64,000 bases of DNA from an uncultured Acidobacteriota bacterium (GTDB lineage: Bacteria; Acidobacteriota; UBA6911). The DNA lies in assembly GCA_963809485.1 (NCBI GenBank), contig CAWEJX010000008.1, positions 352,001-416,000 on the forward strand, read 5' to 3'. Both the position numbers and the translations under genes were made by a program. Positions 40,666 through 50,867 of this stretch are shown here, piece after piece. Each line of letters opens with the position of its first letter. The stretch's first letter is position 1. The notes under the pieces were generated by a model. The model was given only the letters and a program-made list of their open reading frames with translations. It was not told the origin of the DNA and did no database searches.

Positions 40666-42027
40666 TTAATTGCTGGAAGATGTTTGGAACACGCTCCGGA
40701 ACATCAGAACTCCCACGACACACATCGCAACCGGGATAACCAGCATCCCAAGCACTGCGAATGGTGCGACCTGCATTTGGATGATCCATCCGCCTATCAT
40801 CGGACTGAGAATAGCCCCGATGCGCCCAACGCTGGCCGCCCACCCGATGCCTGTCGCGCGAATGAGCGGGGGGTAGTAGATTGCGGAAAGAGCATTGAGA
40901 ACAAACTGGCTTCCGGAAATGCCGCCGCCGACCACGAGAAGCAGCACCCACCAGGATGGGCCGCTCGACGGCAGCAGGGCGAAGAGTCCAAGTGCTACGG
41001 CCGTAATAATGTATGCCGTAAGCATAGCCATCACTGTTTTCCCTTTGTCTACGCACCAGGATAGAATCAGTCCTCCGACCACGCCGCCCGCCTGGATCAT
41101 TACGGCACCTTTAGGCGCCTGCGATGCGGTCCAGCCCTGCGTTGTCAGGAGCGTCGGCAACCAGTTGACCAGCAGATAAAGGACGAACATATTGAAGATG
41201 AAAACCATCCATAGCAGAAGTGTCCCCCTGCGATAGGTCTCGTTCAGCAGTTCTGTAATAGATTGTTTATGGATTTCAGGTCTTTTTGCATAGACTGTCT
41301 GCGGATCGGTTCCCGGTGCCAGCCGGGCGAGGATTTTTGTGATGCGCGGATCGTTCGGCCGGCTCGCCAGCAGGAGTTTGATCGATTCCGGAATGGCGGC
41401 TGCCAGAAGGACACAGAGCAGAAGGGGAATTACACCACCGATGGTGAACATACCTTTCCAGCCGAATCTTTCAATGATGATGGGAGCCACGAATCCCGAG
41501 GTAAAGGCTCCAATGGGCACTCCGGAAAACATCAGTGTCACCAGGGCAGCCCGCCGCTTGTTCGGAAGATAATCCGAAGTCAGCGCCGTTGCGTTTGTCA
41601 GGCTTGCGCCGAGCGCCAGGCCGGTCAGGAATCGCCAGACCAGAAGTTGCGTTGTGTTGCTGGCGAAACTTGTGGCGATGGACGCCAGCCCGAGGAAAGC
41701 CATGGAGGAGATCAGCAATATTCGCCGGCCGAATCGATCGCCCAGCGGAGCCAGAAAGGCTCCCCCGATTGCGATACCAAAAAGTGCCGAAGCAAGCACC
41801 AGGCTGAAATCAGAGGATTTAATGGACCATTGAGCGGAGAGCGCCGGTACAATAAGCGCCATGCTCTGAATGTGGTAGCCGTCGAGCCAGACCACCAGCG
41901 CGCTCAGGATCATTACGGTTATTTGAAGCGAGGACAGGTTTCTTTGATCGATCAGCTGACCGATCTCTATTTTATGGGCGCGATTCGATTCCACAATGGC
42001 ACCTTTCAAATTAGCTTGGGTACACAC
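40666..42027 (-). CDS. Aromatic acid:H+ symporter family MFS transporter (PcaK/BenK-like)
   Basis: LDGY, LGDRFGRR, RFLTGLALG, PES, WLP, YP..IRATG.GWA..VGRIG. Confidence 0.9.
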   Translation of the reverse strand: MCTQANLKGAIVESNRAHKIEIGQLIDQRNLSSLQITVMILSALVVWLDGYHIQSMALIVPALSAQWSIKSSDFSLVLASALFGIAIGGAFLAPLGDRFGRRILLISSMAFLGLASIATSFASNTTQLLVWRFLTGLALGASLTNATALTSDYLPNKRRAALVTLMFSGVPIGAFTSGFVAPIIIERFGWKGMFTIGGVIPLLLCVLLAAAIPESIKLLLASRPNDPRITKILARLAPGTDPQTVYAKRPEIHKQSITELLNETYRRGTLLLWMVFIFNMFVLYLLVNWLPTLLTTQGWTASQAPKGAVMIQAGGVVGGLILSWCVDKGKTVMAMLTAYIITAVALGLFALLPSSGPSWWVLLLVVGGGISGSQFVLNALSAIYYPPLIRATGIGWAASVGRIGAILSPMIGGWIIQMQVAPFAVLGMLVIPVAMCVVGVLMFRSVFQTSSSN

Positions 42028-42205
42028 GCACAGCTCAACCTGAATCGAGGGGATTATACTTTGAACAGCCTGCTTCGCCGCAACAAATCCACAATCGGGG
42101 ACGTCCCTGATTCACTACCGGAATGCTTCTTCCACTCTTTTCTGTCAGCTGTTTTGCCAACGGAACTGGATCATCGATGTACGGACTGGGTTTTTGCCCG
42201 GCGCC

Positions 42206-43417
42206 CTAATCTGCCTTTTTCAGGACTTGTATGGCTTTGACGTCTCCCGTGGGACAACAAACTTCACAGGCGCCGCAGCCATTGCATTTCAGAGGATCTA
42301 CAACGGGATAGGACTCATAGGCCTCTTTATCCCAGGTAACTTTAATGGCATCGAAAGGGCAGGCGTTCACACAAGCATTACAGTCAGAAATACCAAATAG
42401 ACACAGCGCCCTGTCCAAATGAGCCGAGCCGATGACGTATTTGTTTTTCTGTTCCAGATTTAGGGGCTGCAAAGCCGTGCTGGGGCATACCTTCGTGCAG
42501 GCATTGCATTCTTCATTGCAGTAATCCGTTTCATATCGGACCATGGGCGACAGGAATCCCAAAATTCCGGATTGTCCCGTATCGGGATGAATAATTTTGG
42601 ATGGACAGGCCCGCATGCAGTTGCCGCATCGCATGCATAGCCCTGTAAAAACGCGCTCTTGGGTCGCGCCCGGCGGCCTCAATGGTGCATTTTTAGATCT
42701 TGCCTGCCCAATTTTTTGCGCCCACAAACTGAATCCCAAGCCGGCCGCGACAGCAATAAACTTTCTCCTTGTTCCGGGCAACGCAATTCCAGGCGCAATT
42801 GCCTTTTGAGCATCCGTTCTGCTCGGCTTCCTGATATTTCTGAAGAAAGATCCGACACTTTGCAGGAGATCCTGGGTTGCTCCCAACGGGCATATGCGGG
42901 CGCACCATAGGTCTCCCGAAGTCAAGGCGGTTAACAACACGATAACGATGCCAGACAAGGACAATATGGCCGAAAGGACATTTTTTGAGGCGAAAACCGA
43001 AAATGCGTTGTTTAATAATGCCAGCGGATCCATCCACAAGAAAAGCGGATAACCGATGATTGCCCCCGCGATGGTTATTAACACGATGTAATTGCCTAAG
43101 GGAGGACAGCCTCTCCACCACATCTTAATCGGCAATTTCATGCCTGAAACCCCATCAAGGAGCAGGCCGACCGGGCATACATAGCGGCAGAACCATCTTT
43201 TTCGCACCAGCGCTATTGCAGAAAAAACCAGACCCAGGATTGACTGCACCGGGAATGCTCGCCCTGCCAGGATTGTGCATATTGCGATAAACGAGCTTGC
43301 CTGAACAAATACTCTGGCGATGCCAGTCCAGAAAGGGAGCGGAAGCAGCAAAAGAATCGCAAGCAAAAGGCAACCCAATCTTACATACAGGCGCAGCGTA
43401 CGCCTCTCATTTAGCAT
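42206..43417 (-). CDS. Membrane polyferredoxin, NapH/MauN-like fused to MauM/NapG-like domain
   Basis: RWFCRYVCPVG, LWCARICPLG, LRPPGA and four Cys cluster motifs. Confidence 0.9.
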   Translation of the reverse strand: MLNERRTLRLYVRLGCLLLAILLLLPLPFWTGIARVFVQASSFIAICTILAGRAFPVQSILGLVFSAIALVRKRWFCRYVCPVGLLLDGVSGMKLPIKMWWRGCPPLGNYIVLITIAGAIIGYPLFLWMDPLALLNNAFSVFASKNVLSAILSLSGIVIVLLTALTSGDLWCARICPLGATQDLLQSVGSFFRNIRKPSRTDAQKAIAPGIALPGTRRKFIAVAAGLGFSLWAQKIGQARSKNAPLRPPGATQERVFTGLCMRCGNCMRACPSKIIHPDTGQSGILGFLSPMVRYETDYCNEECNACTKVCPSTALQPLNLEQKNKYVIGSAHLDRALCLFGISDCNACVNACPFDAIKVTWDKEAYESYPVVDPLKCNGCGACEVCCPTGDVKAIQVLKKAD

Positions 43418-43816
43418 CCCGGAAAATCTCCATGTTTGGGAGGTTGATTTTGAATTCAGGCTTTGTCTTTCGAAGCCCGCATTCGTTTTTATAACCGACG
43501 CGGCGACATGGCATGTAAATGGATAGAGTCATAGATCCCAATATTGTCGGATTTTTGCTTAAGAAGAGAACTCCTTTAAATGACCGTCACTCGTTTGTTG
43601 CGGATATATTCCTTTATTGCAAAGAATTGCCTTTTTACAACTCGGCCACTCAGCAGAGCCTTCATTGGGGCGGGGAGGATAGGCGGATGCAAGGCTTGCG
43701 GCCGAGGGCGCTCCGGTGTACCTGGCTGTACGCCGGAGCATCCTCGGTCGCAATACGCAGCAGATGTGCCCGCTGGCGCCGCCGCGGCCAGGGCCCCATG
43801 AATGATCCGGGCCAAT

Positions 43817-45319
43817 TTAGCCGGGCAGAATTGCACCCTGCTTTTTAAGGCTTGCCTGTAACGCCCGGACATTGATTTTTCTCAGATCCACGCCGCTGCT
43901 TATCGCTTGCGCCGCCGCAATCCCCGCTGCCTCTCCAAGGGCGATACAATGCGGTATAAGGTTGAAAAAGTTATTGACAGCGGCATTTGAGGAAAATGCG
44001 CGACAGGCAACAAGCATATTGTTCACCTTTCGAGGTATCAGGCACCGATACGGCATGTAGGTATTAGGATATTTTATCGAATCCTGACCGCGATCGACAT
44101 CCGGGAATATGGCAACGGTGTCATCAAAGGGAACGCTCGTATTCATATCCTTATCCGTAAGCAGGTATTCTCCGACAATTCTTCTGGCACCTCGAGTGCC
44201 GAGCTGCGGGTTGGTCAGCACGATGTAGCTTTTTTCGAAACCGGGAATATTCTTCTTGTAATAGTCGTGGCTTATCAACATCTCTTGCCGGCCTAAAAAC
44301 TCCACCCGCGTTAGTTCCTCAACATCCACCTGGCTGGAATTCGCGTAGCGGGGAAAAACCCAAACCAGATCGTCCTGGTCTTTTAAGTTGCTGGTGATAA
44401 ACCCGGCGTGCCCTCCGCGTTTTCTGATCTCACGCATTTTTTCGGCGAATGCCTTGCCTTGGGCCTTTCTGTAATCCTGATATTTTTTCAGATCGACGCC
44501 TGCTATCCAGTAGGAAAAGGACAGGTTCGAAATCCTCATAGAGGGGTCGATATCACTCTTAAATTCGGCCCCTGAATAGGGCAACAAGTCCCCATCGCCG
44601 GTGGCATCAATGACTACTTTGGCCAGCACCGCCTGCCTGCCTGACTTGCTCTCGAAGATGACGCCTTTTGCCGTATTGCCCTCCATGATAGGCTCCGTGC
44701 CCCATGAATGAAGATACGTCTTAACGCCGGCTTCTTTCATCATTTCCTGCAGGATGCATTTTGATATCTCGGCATCAATGTGCACGGAGTAAATAACCGT
44801 TTTCTCGCGAACGTTAAAAAAAGAACGGCTCTCGTAATAGGCAACCAGCTTGGGGTCCTTTGAGCCCCAATGCTCCTTCTTCGGGTGATCCGCCGCATCC
44901 CTGCGTTTCAGCCGATCTATCCACTCCTGGTTGATGCCGGCTATCTGTTGCTTGCCGCTAAAGTCGCTCAAGTTGGGGATAATGGTCACCAGCCCGCCGG
45001 TGGCCATACCCCCCAGGTGTTCATACCTTTCAATAAGAACCGTATCCGCGCCGCTCCGTGCCGCCGTCAGGGCTGCGCCGATACCGCCTGGTCCGCCGCC
45101 CACAACCACAACATCGGCTGTCCGGCAGACGCGCGTCCGCCGAGCAGCTTCGCTGATTGTCTTGCCCGATGTTTGGGGGGGCGACTTTTTTGACTGGGCG
45201 GACAGCGGCAGCGCCAAACCGCCGGTGCCGACAGCAAAGGCCGCGGCCCCTTTCATAGCCGTATTCTGGAAAAACTTCCTGCGAGTTATTACGGTTTCCA
45301 CTTCTTCTGACAATTTCAT
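43817..45319 (-). CDS. FAD-dependent oxidoreductase with Tat signal
   Basis: TRRKFF; DVVVVGGGPGG, LGGMATGG, IDATGDGD, PYRCLIP, GEAAG. Confidence 0.92.
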   Translation of the reverse strand: MKLSEEVETVITRRKFFQNTAMKGAAAFAVGTGGLALPLSAQSKKSPPQTSGKTISEAARRTRVCRTADVVVVGGGPGGIGAALTAARSGADTVLIERYEHLGGMATGGLVTIIPNLSDFSGKQQIAGINQEWIDRLKRRDAADHPKKEHWGSKDPKLVAYYESRSFFNVREKTVIYSVHIDAEISKCILQEMMKEAGVKTYLHSWGTEPIMEGNTAKGVIFESKSGRQAVLAKVVIDATGDGDLLPYSGAEFKSDIDPSMRISNLSFSYWIAGVDLKKYQDYRKAQGKAFAEKMREIRKRGGHAGFITSNLKDQDDLVWVFPRYANSSQVDVEELTRVEFLGRQEMLISHDYYKKNIPGFEKSYIVLTNPQLGTRGARRIVGEYLLTDKDMNTSVPFDDTVAIFPDVDRGQDSIKYPNTYMPYRCLIPRKVNNMLVACRAFSSNAAVNNFFNLIPHCIALGEAAGIAAAQAISSGVDLRKINVRALQASLKKQGAILPG

Positions 45320-46100
45320 TGCGGATTCTCCTTCCCCTTGATCATTAGTGCTAAGTGCCATAACAGGATATTGCTAAATATGCCAGTGCTTGGTGTAAAT
45401 GTCTTCCGTAACTATGGTTTTATGAGCCTTTCAATCCTGGGATGCAAGCTGGAAGGCGCGAACCGTTCAGAAAACCGACATAATCGACGGAACCGTGAAC
45501 TGAAGATTGAGAAAAACTTATGCGATCTGGAGGTCTTCACGGCATCCCCTTTGTGCGGAACGCGCCAGGCGATGGAATCAATGCGGCCTCCCGCCGCCAG
45601 ATGCCGGCATCCGCATCTGTCGGCATAAAATCCATGCGTTACAGCGCCATGCTGCTCTCGATCTATTTCAAAATCGTCTATCCGCAAATTGCAGGAGGCT
45701 CAAAGCCGCCAAAAATCCAAGGCGATTCAAACCTCGCTTCCGGAATTGTCAACCCTATGCTTCATCCCGCAGATCTGGAGGATCACTCAATGGAATATCA
45801 GCAGAATGGGAACGCATAGCTCCAGACGTCAAACTATCCGACTTATTAATCCATTGTCAAGAATTTTGTCACAGATATGTGACAACCAGGTACCGGAGTC
45901 TTGACTTCAGATTCAGGCATGCGGTTGGTTCAAAGCGCTTCCCAAGTCGCAGCAAGTGCATTTTCCCTGCCGACTGCAGACTTCAGCCAAAACGCCAAAC
46001 ACTCGAAATCGGCGATCGCTTGATACGATCCTTTGATGAACCGCGGATTTTCGAAGATCCTCGCGGATAGATCCGTGCAGACTGCGGGGGCGCCTTAGCT

Positions 46101-47837
46101 CTATCTTTGTGAAACTATCGGGAGCTGTAGATAGGAGTCATATTGGGAGCCCGTGTGAATTATATGCGTACCCTTGTTCGTGGCCAGCGCGGTGCCCTTC
46201 AATTTGTTCCCTGCCACCGTCAGTAGCAGTTGCTCACCCGCCCGCCATAACAAACCCGTGGGCAGAATCGCGATATCGACCGGAACAATCTGGCCGGAAG
46301 CAAGGAATTGGTTTCTCCGGAATTTATGAACAGGCTGGAAGTCCGTAGACAGCACGGGATCGAGTTCACGAAGCGAGACCCGCAGCCTGCCGTCGGGCCA
46401 CGGAACCCGGTCTTTGCTGCCGGCTTTCTGCACCGTGACAAAAAGATCCATATCGTTGGCGCCGCCAGCTTCAACCCAAAGGCGCAACTTCGGGTAACCC
46501 ACAATCCTGGTCTCTTCCGCAAACGTGACTGTAAAAACAGCTTGACCGGTTTCAGCGTCGTACTTTGCATAAGACGCATTAGGGACCGGCTTGAGATCGA
46601 GTTTGCCGCTGCGCGCATCAAGGTGGAACTTCCGGTATTCCGTGCCGGCCGGGGGCCAACGGGTCTCAGGGCGGTTGACTTCATCGGCTCCGCCCGGGTT
46701 CATCACCGTCAACCTCACTGTGGGAGTCTTCTCCCAGCCGTTTTGAATGCCTTTCAGATATCGGTCGAAAAAGAGCAGCAGGTCCTTTTGATTTACAGGG
46801 TCGTACTGATCATTCCATTCCCCCTTGTTTTCTATGCGAAGCCACTTCTCTTTTGAAGCGACATCCAGAAAGCCCTGGAGATCCCGGCCGTAGGCGCCAA
46901 CAGAGTAGACAGGTATCCGAATCTTTTTCACGTCGGCAATCTTGTCTTCCCAATAGGGGTGCATCAGGGGGTATTTGACAATCATTTTGTAAGGCGCCTC
47001 CGCGCGGTTTCCCGCCCCCGTCATGCCGCTGGTAATGTATTCGTCGAAACGGGCATCCGGAATGCCTCCCCGGCAGAGGTCCCATCGATACACGTCGTAA
47101 AAATGGGCCCCCCAGGGAGAGATCGCCGCGAGGTGCGGCGGCTGCAGGGCGGCGATATACCATTGTGCAATTCCCAGCCACGAGGTGCCGTTCAGCGCGA
47201 TCTTGCCGCTGCACCAATGCTGGCGTGCCGCCCACTCCACGACCTCGTACCCATCCGCCGCATCCACGCTTCCCCAGTGGTAAATGTCGCCTTGCGATTT
47301 GAAAGCGCCGCGCGTGTCGACGTTAAGGACCGCATAGCCATGGTTGCACCAGAACGCGGGGTCAGGACCTTCAAACCTGGTCAGGCTCGAGACCCAACTG
47401 GCCGGTACGGTCTTATTGAAGTGCGCCACCGGGTCGGCAGGCAATGATTTGCCATAAGGCGCCCAGGCAATCAGGGCCGGCAACCTGGCGGCGGTCTTGG
47501 CCGGACGAAAGATGTCGGCGTAGATCGTTACGCCATCGCGGAGTTTAATGGCGACATCACGATCCCAGATGATGTCGCAAGGGAGGGCCATCGTACCGGG
47601 AAGCAAGACGGTTCCCTTCGCGAGGATTTTGGTCCCCGGACTGAATCCCAGATAGGTCTGATATGAAAACTGGTTGGCCGGTTCGGTTAACGCTCGTGTG
47701 GGCTGAAAAATGACGCCCCATTCCGCCGGATATGCCGATGGGAATGCCTTCTCTTTTTGTTGCGGATATCCGTTTGCCAGCAAAAGGAGACAAAACGCAG
47801 GGATAAGCGTGGCTTGCAGAAAGGCTCTGTCGAGCAT
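46101..47837 (-). CDS. CocE/NonD family hydrolase (peptidase S15-like), secreted
   Basis: LRDGVTIYADIFRP, APYGK, DTRG..KSQG, GTSWLG, LRVSLRELD. Confidence 0.92.
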   Translation of the reverse strand: MLDRAFLQATLIPAFCLLLLANGYPQQKEKAFPSAYPAEWGVIFQPTRALTEPANQFSYQTYLGFSPGTKILAKGTVLLPGTMALPCDIIWDRDVAIKLRDGVTIYADIFRPAKTAARLPALIAWAPYGKSLPADPVAHFNKTVPASWVSSLTRFEGPDPAFWCNHGYAVLNVDTRGAFKSQGDIYHWGSVDAADGYEVVEWAARQHWCSGKIALNGTSWLGIAQWYIAALQPPHLAAISPWGAHFYDVYRWDLCRGGIPDARFDEYITSGMTGAGNRAEAPYKMIVKYPLMHPYWEDKIADVKKIRIPVYSVGAYGRDLQGFLDVASKEKWLRIENKGEWNDQYDPVNQKDLLLFFDRYLKGIQNGWEKTPTVRLTVMNPGGADEVNRPETRWPPAGTEYRKFHLDARSGKLDLKPVPNASYAKYDAETGQAVFTVTFAEETRIVGYPKLRLWVEAGGANDMDLFVTVQKAGSKDRVPWPDGRLRVSLRELDPVLSTDFQPVHKFRRNQFLASGQIVPVDIAILPTGLLWRAGEQLLLTVAGNKLKGTALATNKGTHIIHTGSQYDSYLQLPIVSQR

Positions 47838-47973
47838 AATTCCCCCTCCAGGCATTGCTAGTCGCGAGCGGAATCTTGATCGAGCGGGTCTTGAGAGACT
47901 GTCTCAAAACTGCCGGCGAGGATCTCGCCACAGTCGTTTTGAGGCCGATTCTGGAGGCCCGTCCATAAATTAT

Positions 47974-48023
47974 AACGCTGACGTACGCCGATAAACGCTG
48001 ACGTACGCTGAAAAATTATAAAT
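47974..48023. repeat. ACGCTGACGT-type short repeat array
   Basis: AACGCTGACGTACGCCGATAAACGCTGACGTACGCTGAAAAATTATA matches the interior of the 30052..30285 element. Confidence 0.75.
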
Positions 48024-48036
48024 ATGTTCTTTCCAG

Positions 48037-49827
48037 CTATTCGGACTTCAAATTTGCCAGCCTCTCGCCAAGCATATAGCCCTCGGTCATTGCCATGCCG
48101 AGGCTTATGCCTGCAATGGGACTCTGATACACCACGATATATCGATTCCCGGCATTATTGCCCGCAGCATAGAGGCCTTGGATGGGCTTGAACTCCTTGT
48201 TGAGCACGCGTCCATCCGCATCGGTGTCGAGGCCGGTGGTCGCACAGAGGCCGGGGCTTATGGCCGAGAGCATTCCGGAACCATCATTCTTACTCACGCT
48301 GCCATAGAACGGTGGATCTTTAAGCGCAGTCACCTTCATAATGCGCGGATCTTTGCCGTAGTCTTCATCAACACCTTTTTCGCACAGTTGATTGTATCGT
48401 TCGATCTCGGCCAGCGCTTTTTTCCTGGCTTCGCCTTTGTAGCAACCCATATATTCGAGAAGCTCCTCGATCGTATTGGCGCAGTACATATTGGCTATCG
48501 ACTTTTCCAACTCCGCATCCGGATTTTGCATTATTGATGCCAAATCTCTTGCCGCAGTCTGCTTTCCAGGGGCGGGGGGACCGGGCTTTAAAGCGGCCAT
48601 CAGCTTGAGTCTTGCCGGATATTTAAGAGTATGGGCAGTATCCACAGCCCCGTGGCGGGGCGGCATCATCTCGATGATTTTTTGATAATTTGCATCGTGT
48701 ATAGTGACGGTAAAGCCCCCCTTCGGCACAGGAATGGTAGTGCCGGCGGCTTCGTCGCAGAAGCGTTCACCGTTGCTGTCGAGCTGCAAATACCACTCCC
48801 CTGCACCCGGATCGCCGGCACCCATGGTGGAACGGGGCCCAATTTCAATGTGCCCCCCTGCCCAGATGCCCAGTTTGATGCTGGATCCGTCGCGGGGGAT
48901 CATCGCCATCATATCCGTCTGCACCAGGTTTACATCGCCTTGCGCCTCAGCGCTGTGGCGAAGCAGATCCAGGATATCGATGACCATCTGTTTGTTGCCG
49001 GCGAAATCGCCGGCGCAGAGAGCAACGGCCTTTGAGGCGTGGAAGCGAAAATACCTGCCGTCGGATGTTTTGGCAATCACGCCAGTCACCGCGCCGGAAC
49101 GATCGACCTCGCATATTTCGGCATGGTGATCGAAAAACCACCTGGCGCCCTCCGCTACGGATTTCCTTTGATGGGTCTTCATCACGTCCGTCCATCTCCA
49201 TACCGGCGTGGGGTCGGTCATTTTTCGGAAGATGGTGGTTCCGTAATAGAATTTCCAGCCGGATACTTCCATGAGAACATTTGGCTTGGGAGGCAAGCTC
49301 ATCAGGTGCGAGTTTTCGGCCATCCATTCCGGGTTCATATCCTTGATGACCCAGTCGAAGATCCTGCCGCTGTTTTTCACGAAATAACTTGCCCTCTTGG
49401 GGCTGTGGCGGATTACGTTGCGGCAGGCCCATTCTCTGAGGAAATCCTGCTCATCGATCTCCGGGGCACCGTGATCACGCGCCCATTGTGAATTGACAGT
49501 TCCGACCTCACCTCCGATATGCCTGTATTTCGCCTCCGACTGAGCTTCGATGACAGCCACGGAAGCGCCGTTCATGGCAGCGACGCGGGCGCAAAGCACA
49601 CCGGCGGTGCCGGCGCCCACAACAACGATATCGAATTTGCCTGCATCGGCAATCAGCTTCTCGTCAATGGGATCCGGCCTGTCCATCCATGATTTAGGCT
49701 TCGTGGTTTGTGTCTGCGAATTGGACTGTCCGGGTGCCAGGACGGCGAAGGCGCCGGTTGCGCCGGCTCCTTTAAGGAAACTGCGCCGATCGAGGTTTGC
49801 TTTAGAGTTCTTATTATTCTCAGGCAT
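48037..49827 (-). CDS. Tat-exported FAD-binding flavoprotein (fumarate reductase/3-ketosteroid dehydrogenase-like superfamily)
   Basis: DRRSFLK; DIVVVGAGTAG, LCAGDF, GERFCDE, IQGLYAAGN. Confidence 0.9.
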   Translation of the reverse strand: MPENNKNSKANLDRRSFLKGAGATGAFAVLAPGQSNSQTQTTKPKSWMDRPDPIDEKLIADAGKFDIVVVGAGTAGVLCARVAAMNGASVAVIEAQSEAKYRHIGGEVGTVNSQWARDHGAPEIDEQDFLREWACRNVIRHSPKRASYFVKNSGRIFDWVIKDMNPEWMAENSHLMSLPPKPNVLMEVSGWKFYYGTTIFRKMTDPTPVWRWTDVMKTHQRKSVAEGARWFFDHHAEICEVDRSGAVTGVIAKTSDGRYFRFHASKAVALCAGDFAGNKQMVIDILDLLRHSAEAQGDVNLVQTDMMAMIPRDGSSIKLGIWAGGHIEIGPRSTMGAGDPGAGEWYLQLDSNGERFCDEAAGTTIPVPKGGFTVTIHDANYQKIIEMMPPRHGAVDTAHTLKYPARLKLMAALKPGPPAPGKQTAARDLASIMQNPDAELEKSIANMYCANTIEELLEYMGCYKGEARKKALAEIERYNQLCEKGVDEDYGKDPRIMKVTALKDPPFYGSVSKNDGSGMLSAISPGLCATTGLDTDADGRVLNKEFKPIQGLYAAGNNAGNRYIVVYQSPIAGISLGMAMTEGYMLGERLANLKSE

Positions 49828-49881
49828 ACCTTGGTCTCCTTAGATTACTGGCCCCCCTTGACAGAGCACTTCGTTCGCTGG

Positions 49882-50811
49882 CTAATCGGTGTGTACTTGA
49901 TGTTTCGGAACCTTTATCTGCGGTTTCAGGTATTTGCCATAGGCGTTGTACTGCCTGATCTTTTGCTGGGTCTCCGGCATGGCGGTCTGAGGTTCTTCTT
50001 CAGTACGATGCCTCATAATCCATTCCAGATGGTGGCGTTGTTTGGAGGCGGAGAACCGGGGATTTTGAATATCCTCTGCGTTCCAGGCAACTTGATAGGT
50101 ATTCCCGTTGCAGGACACCTGGCCGTGTATCTGGCAGGTGGGGCAGGCGATGTCCGGAAGACCTTTCTCAAGATAAAAGATATTGCAATGGCAAACGGGG
50201 CAGGAAATGGGCGATTCTTCGCCCGCATATCGAACCTTCTCAAAAGGCAGTTTCATGGACATTGTCAGGTTATGCCCGAGTTTCCGGCTTCTATCAATCG
50301 CCCACTGGTTATCCGGTGTCAGAGCAGCACCCAAGTCCGCGCAGTGGTTTATCTGGACCTGGTCCACGATGGTTGAGAAATGCTGAAGGAACAAATGAAC
50401 GGTGGGCAAGCCAAGACTGGTCCAACCGTCATAGCCGGAACCGCCCACCGATATGGCAGCCGACAGTTTTTTGCGATCATGTACATAGGGATTCTTCATG
50501 AAGACGTGGTTCAGTTTATCGCTGACACATATCAGAGCAGCCGAGGTTCTGATATGGTATACCGGAGCAGCCACAATTAGGGCCGTATTCCCCAACATGG
50601 TGTTTTCAAGAATCCAATCGGTGTCATCATGGGGACATTTTGCATTTTTAAAACAGGCGCCGCAGCTCTTGCAGGGCACAATTTTGAGCTCAATGGCCCG
50701 GATTATGTCCGATTCTATGCCATCCTCTTCAGCAGCCATTAACGCTGCCTTTAAAAATGCCTCACAATTTCCATTTTTTCTTCCAAAAGACAGCCCGATT
50801 ATCCTTTCCAT
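49882..50811 (-). CDS. Flavodoxin family (iron-sulfur flavoprotein-like) protein with C-terminal CxxC/CxxC
   Basis: SFGRKNGNC, CKSCGAC.....C, AAPVY, CPVCH...CPTC. Confidence 0.85.
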   Translation of the reverse strand: MERIIGLSFGRKNGNCEAFLKAALMAAEEDGIESDIIRAIELKIVPCKSCGACFKNAKCPHDDTDWILENTMLGNTALIVAAPVYHIRTSAALICVSDKLNHVFMKNPYVHDRKKLSAAISVGGSGYDGWTSLGLPTVHLFLQHFSTIVDQVQINHCADLGAALTPDNQWAIDRSRKLGHNLTMSMKLPFEKVRYAGEESPISCPVCHCNIFYLEKGLPDIACPTCQIHGQVSCNGNTYQVAWNAEDIQNPRFSASKQRHHLEWIMRHRTEEEPQTAMPETQQKIRQYNAYGKYLKPQIKVPKHQVHTD

Positions 50812-50867
50812 TTGGCTCCCCCCTGAATGATTGGGTCTGCAGCCGGAAGCGGATGGATTGAACAAGC

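Noticed and set aside
45368-45386. Sigma54-like TGGCA...GC on the minus strand
   Set aside because: The GG-to-GC spacing is 8 nt rather than the required 10.
45338-46070. Short ORFs between the FAD oxidoreductase and CocE genes
   Set aside because: They overlap on both strands and show no family signature.
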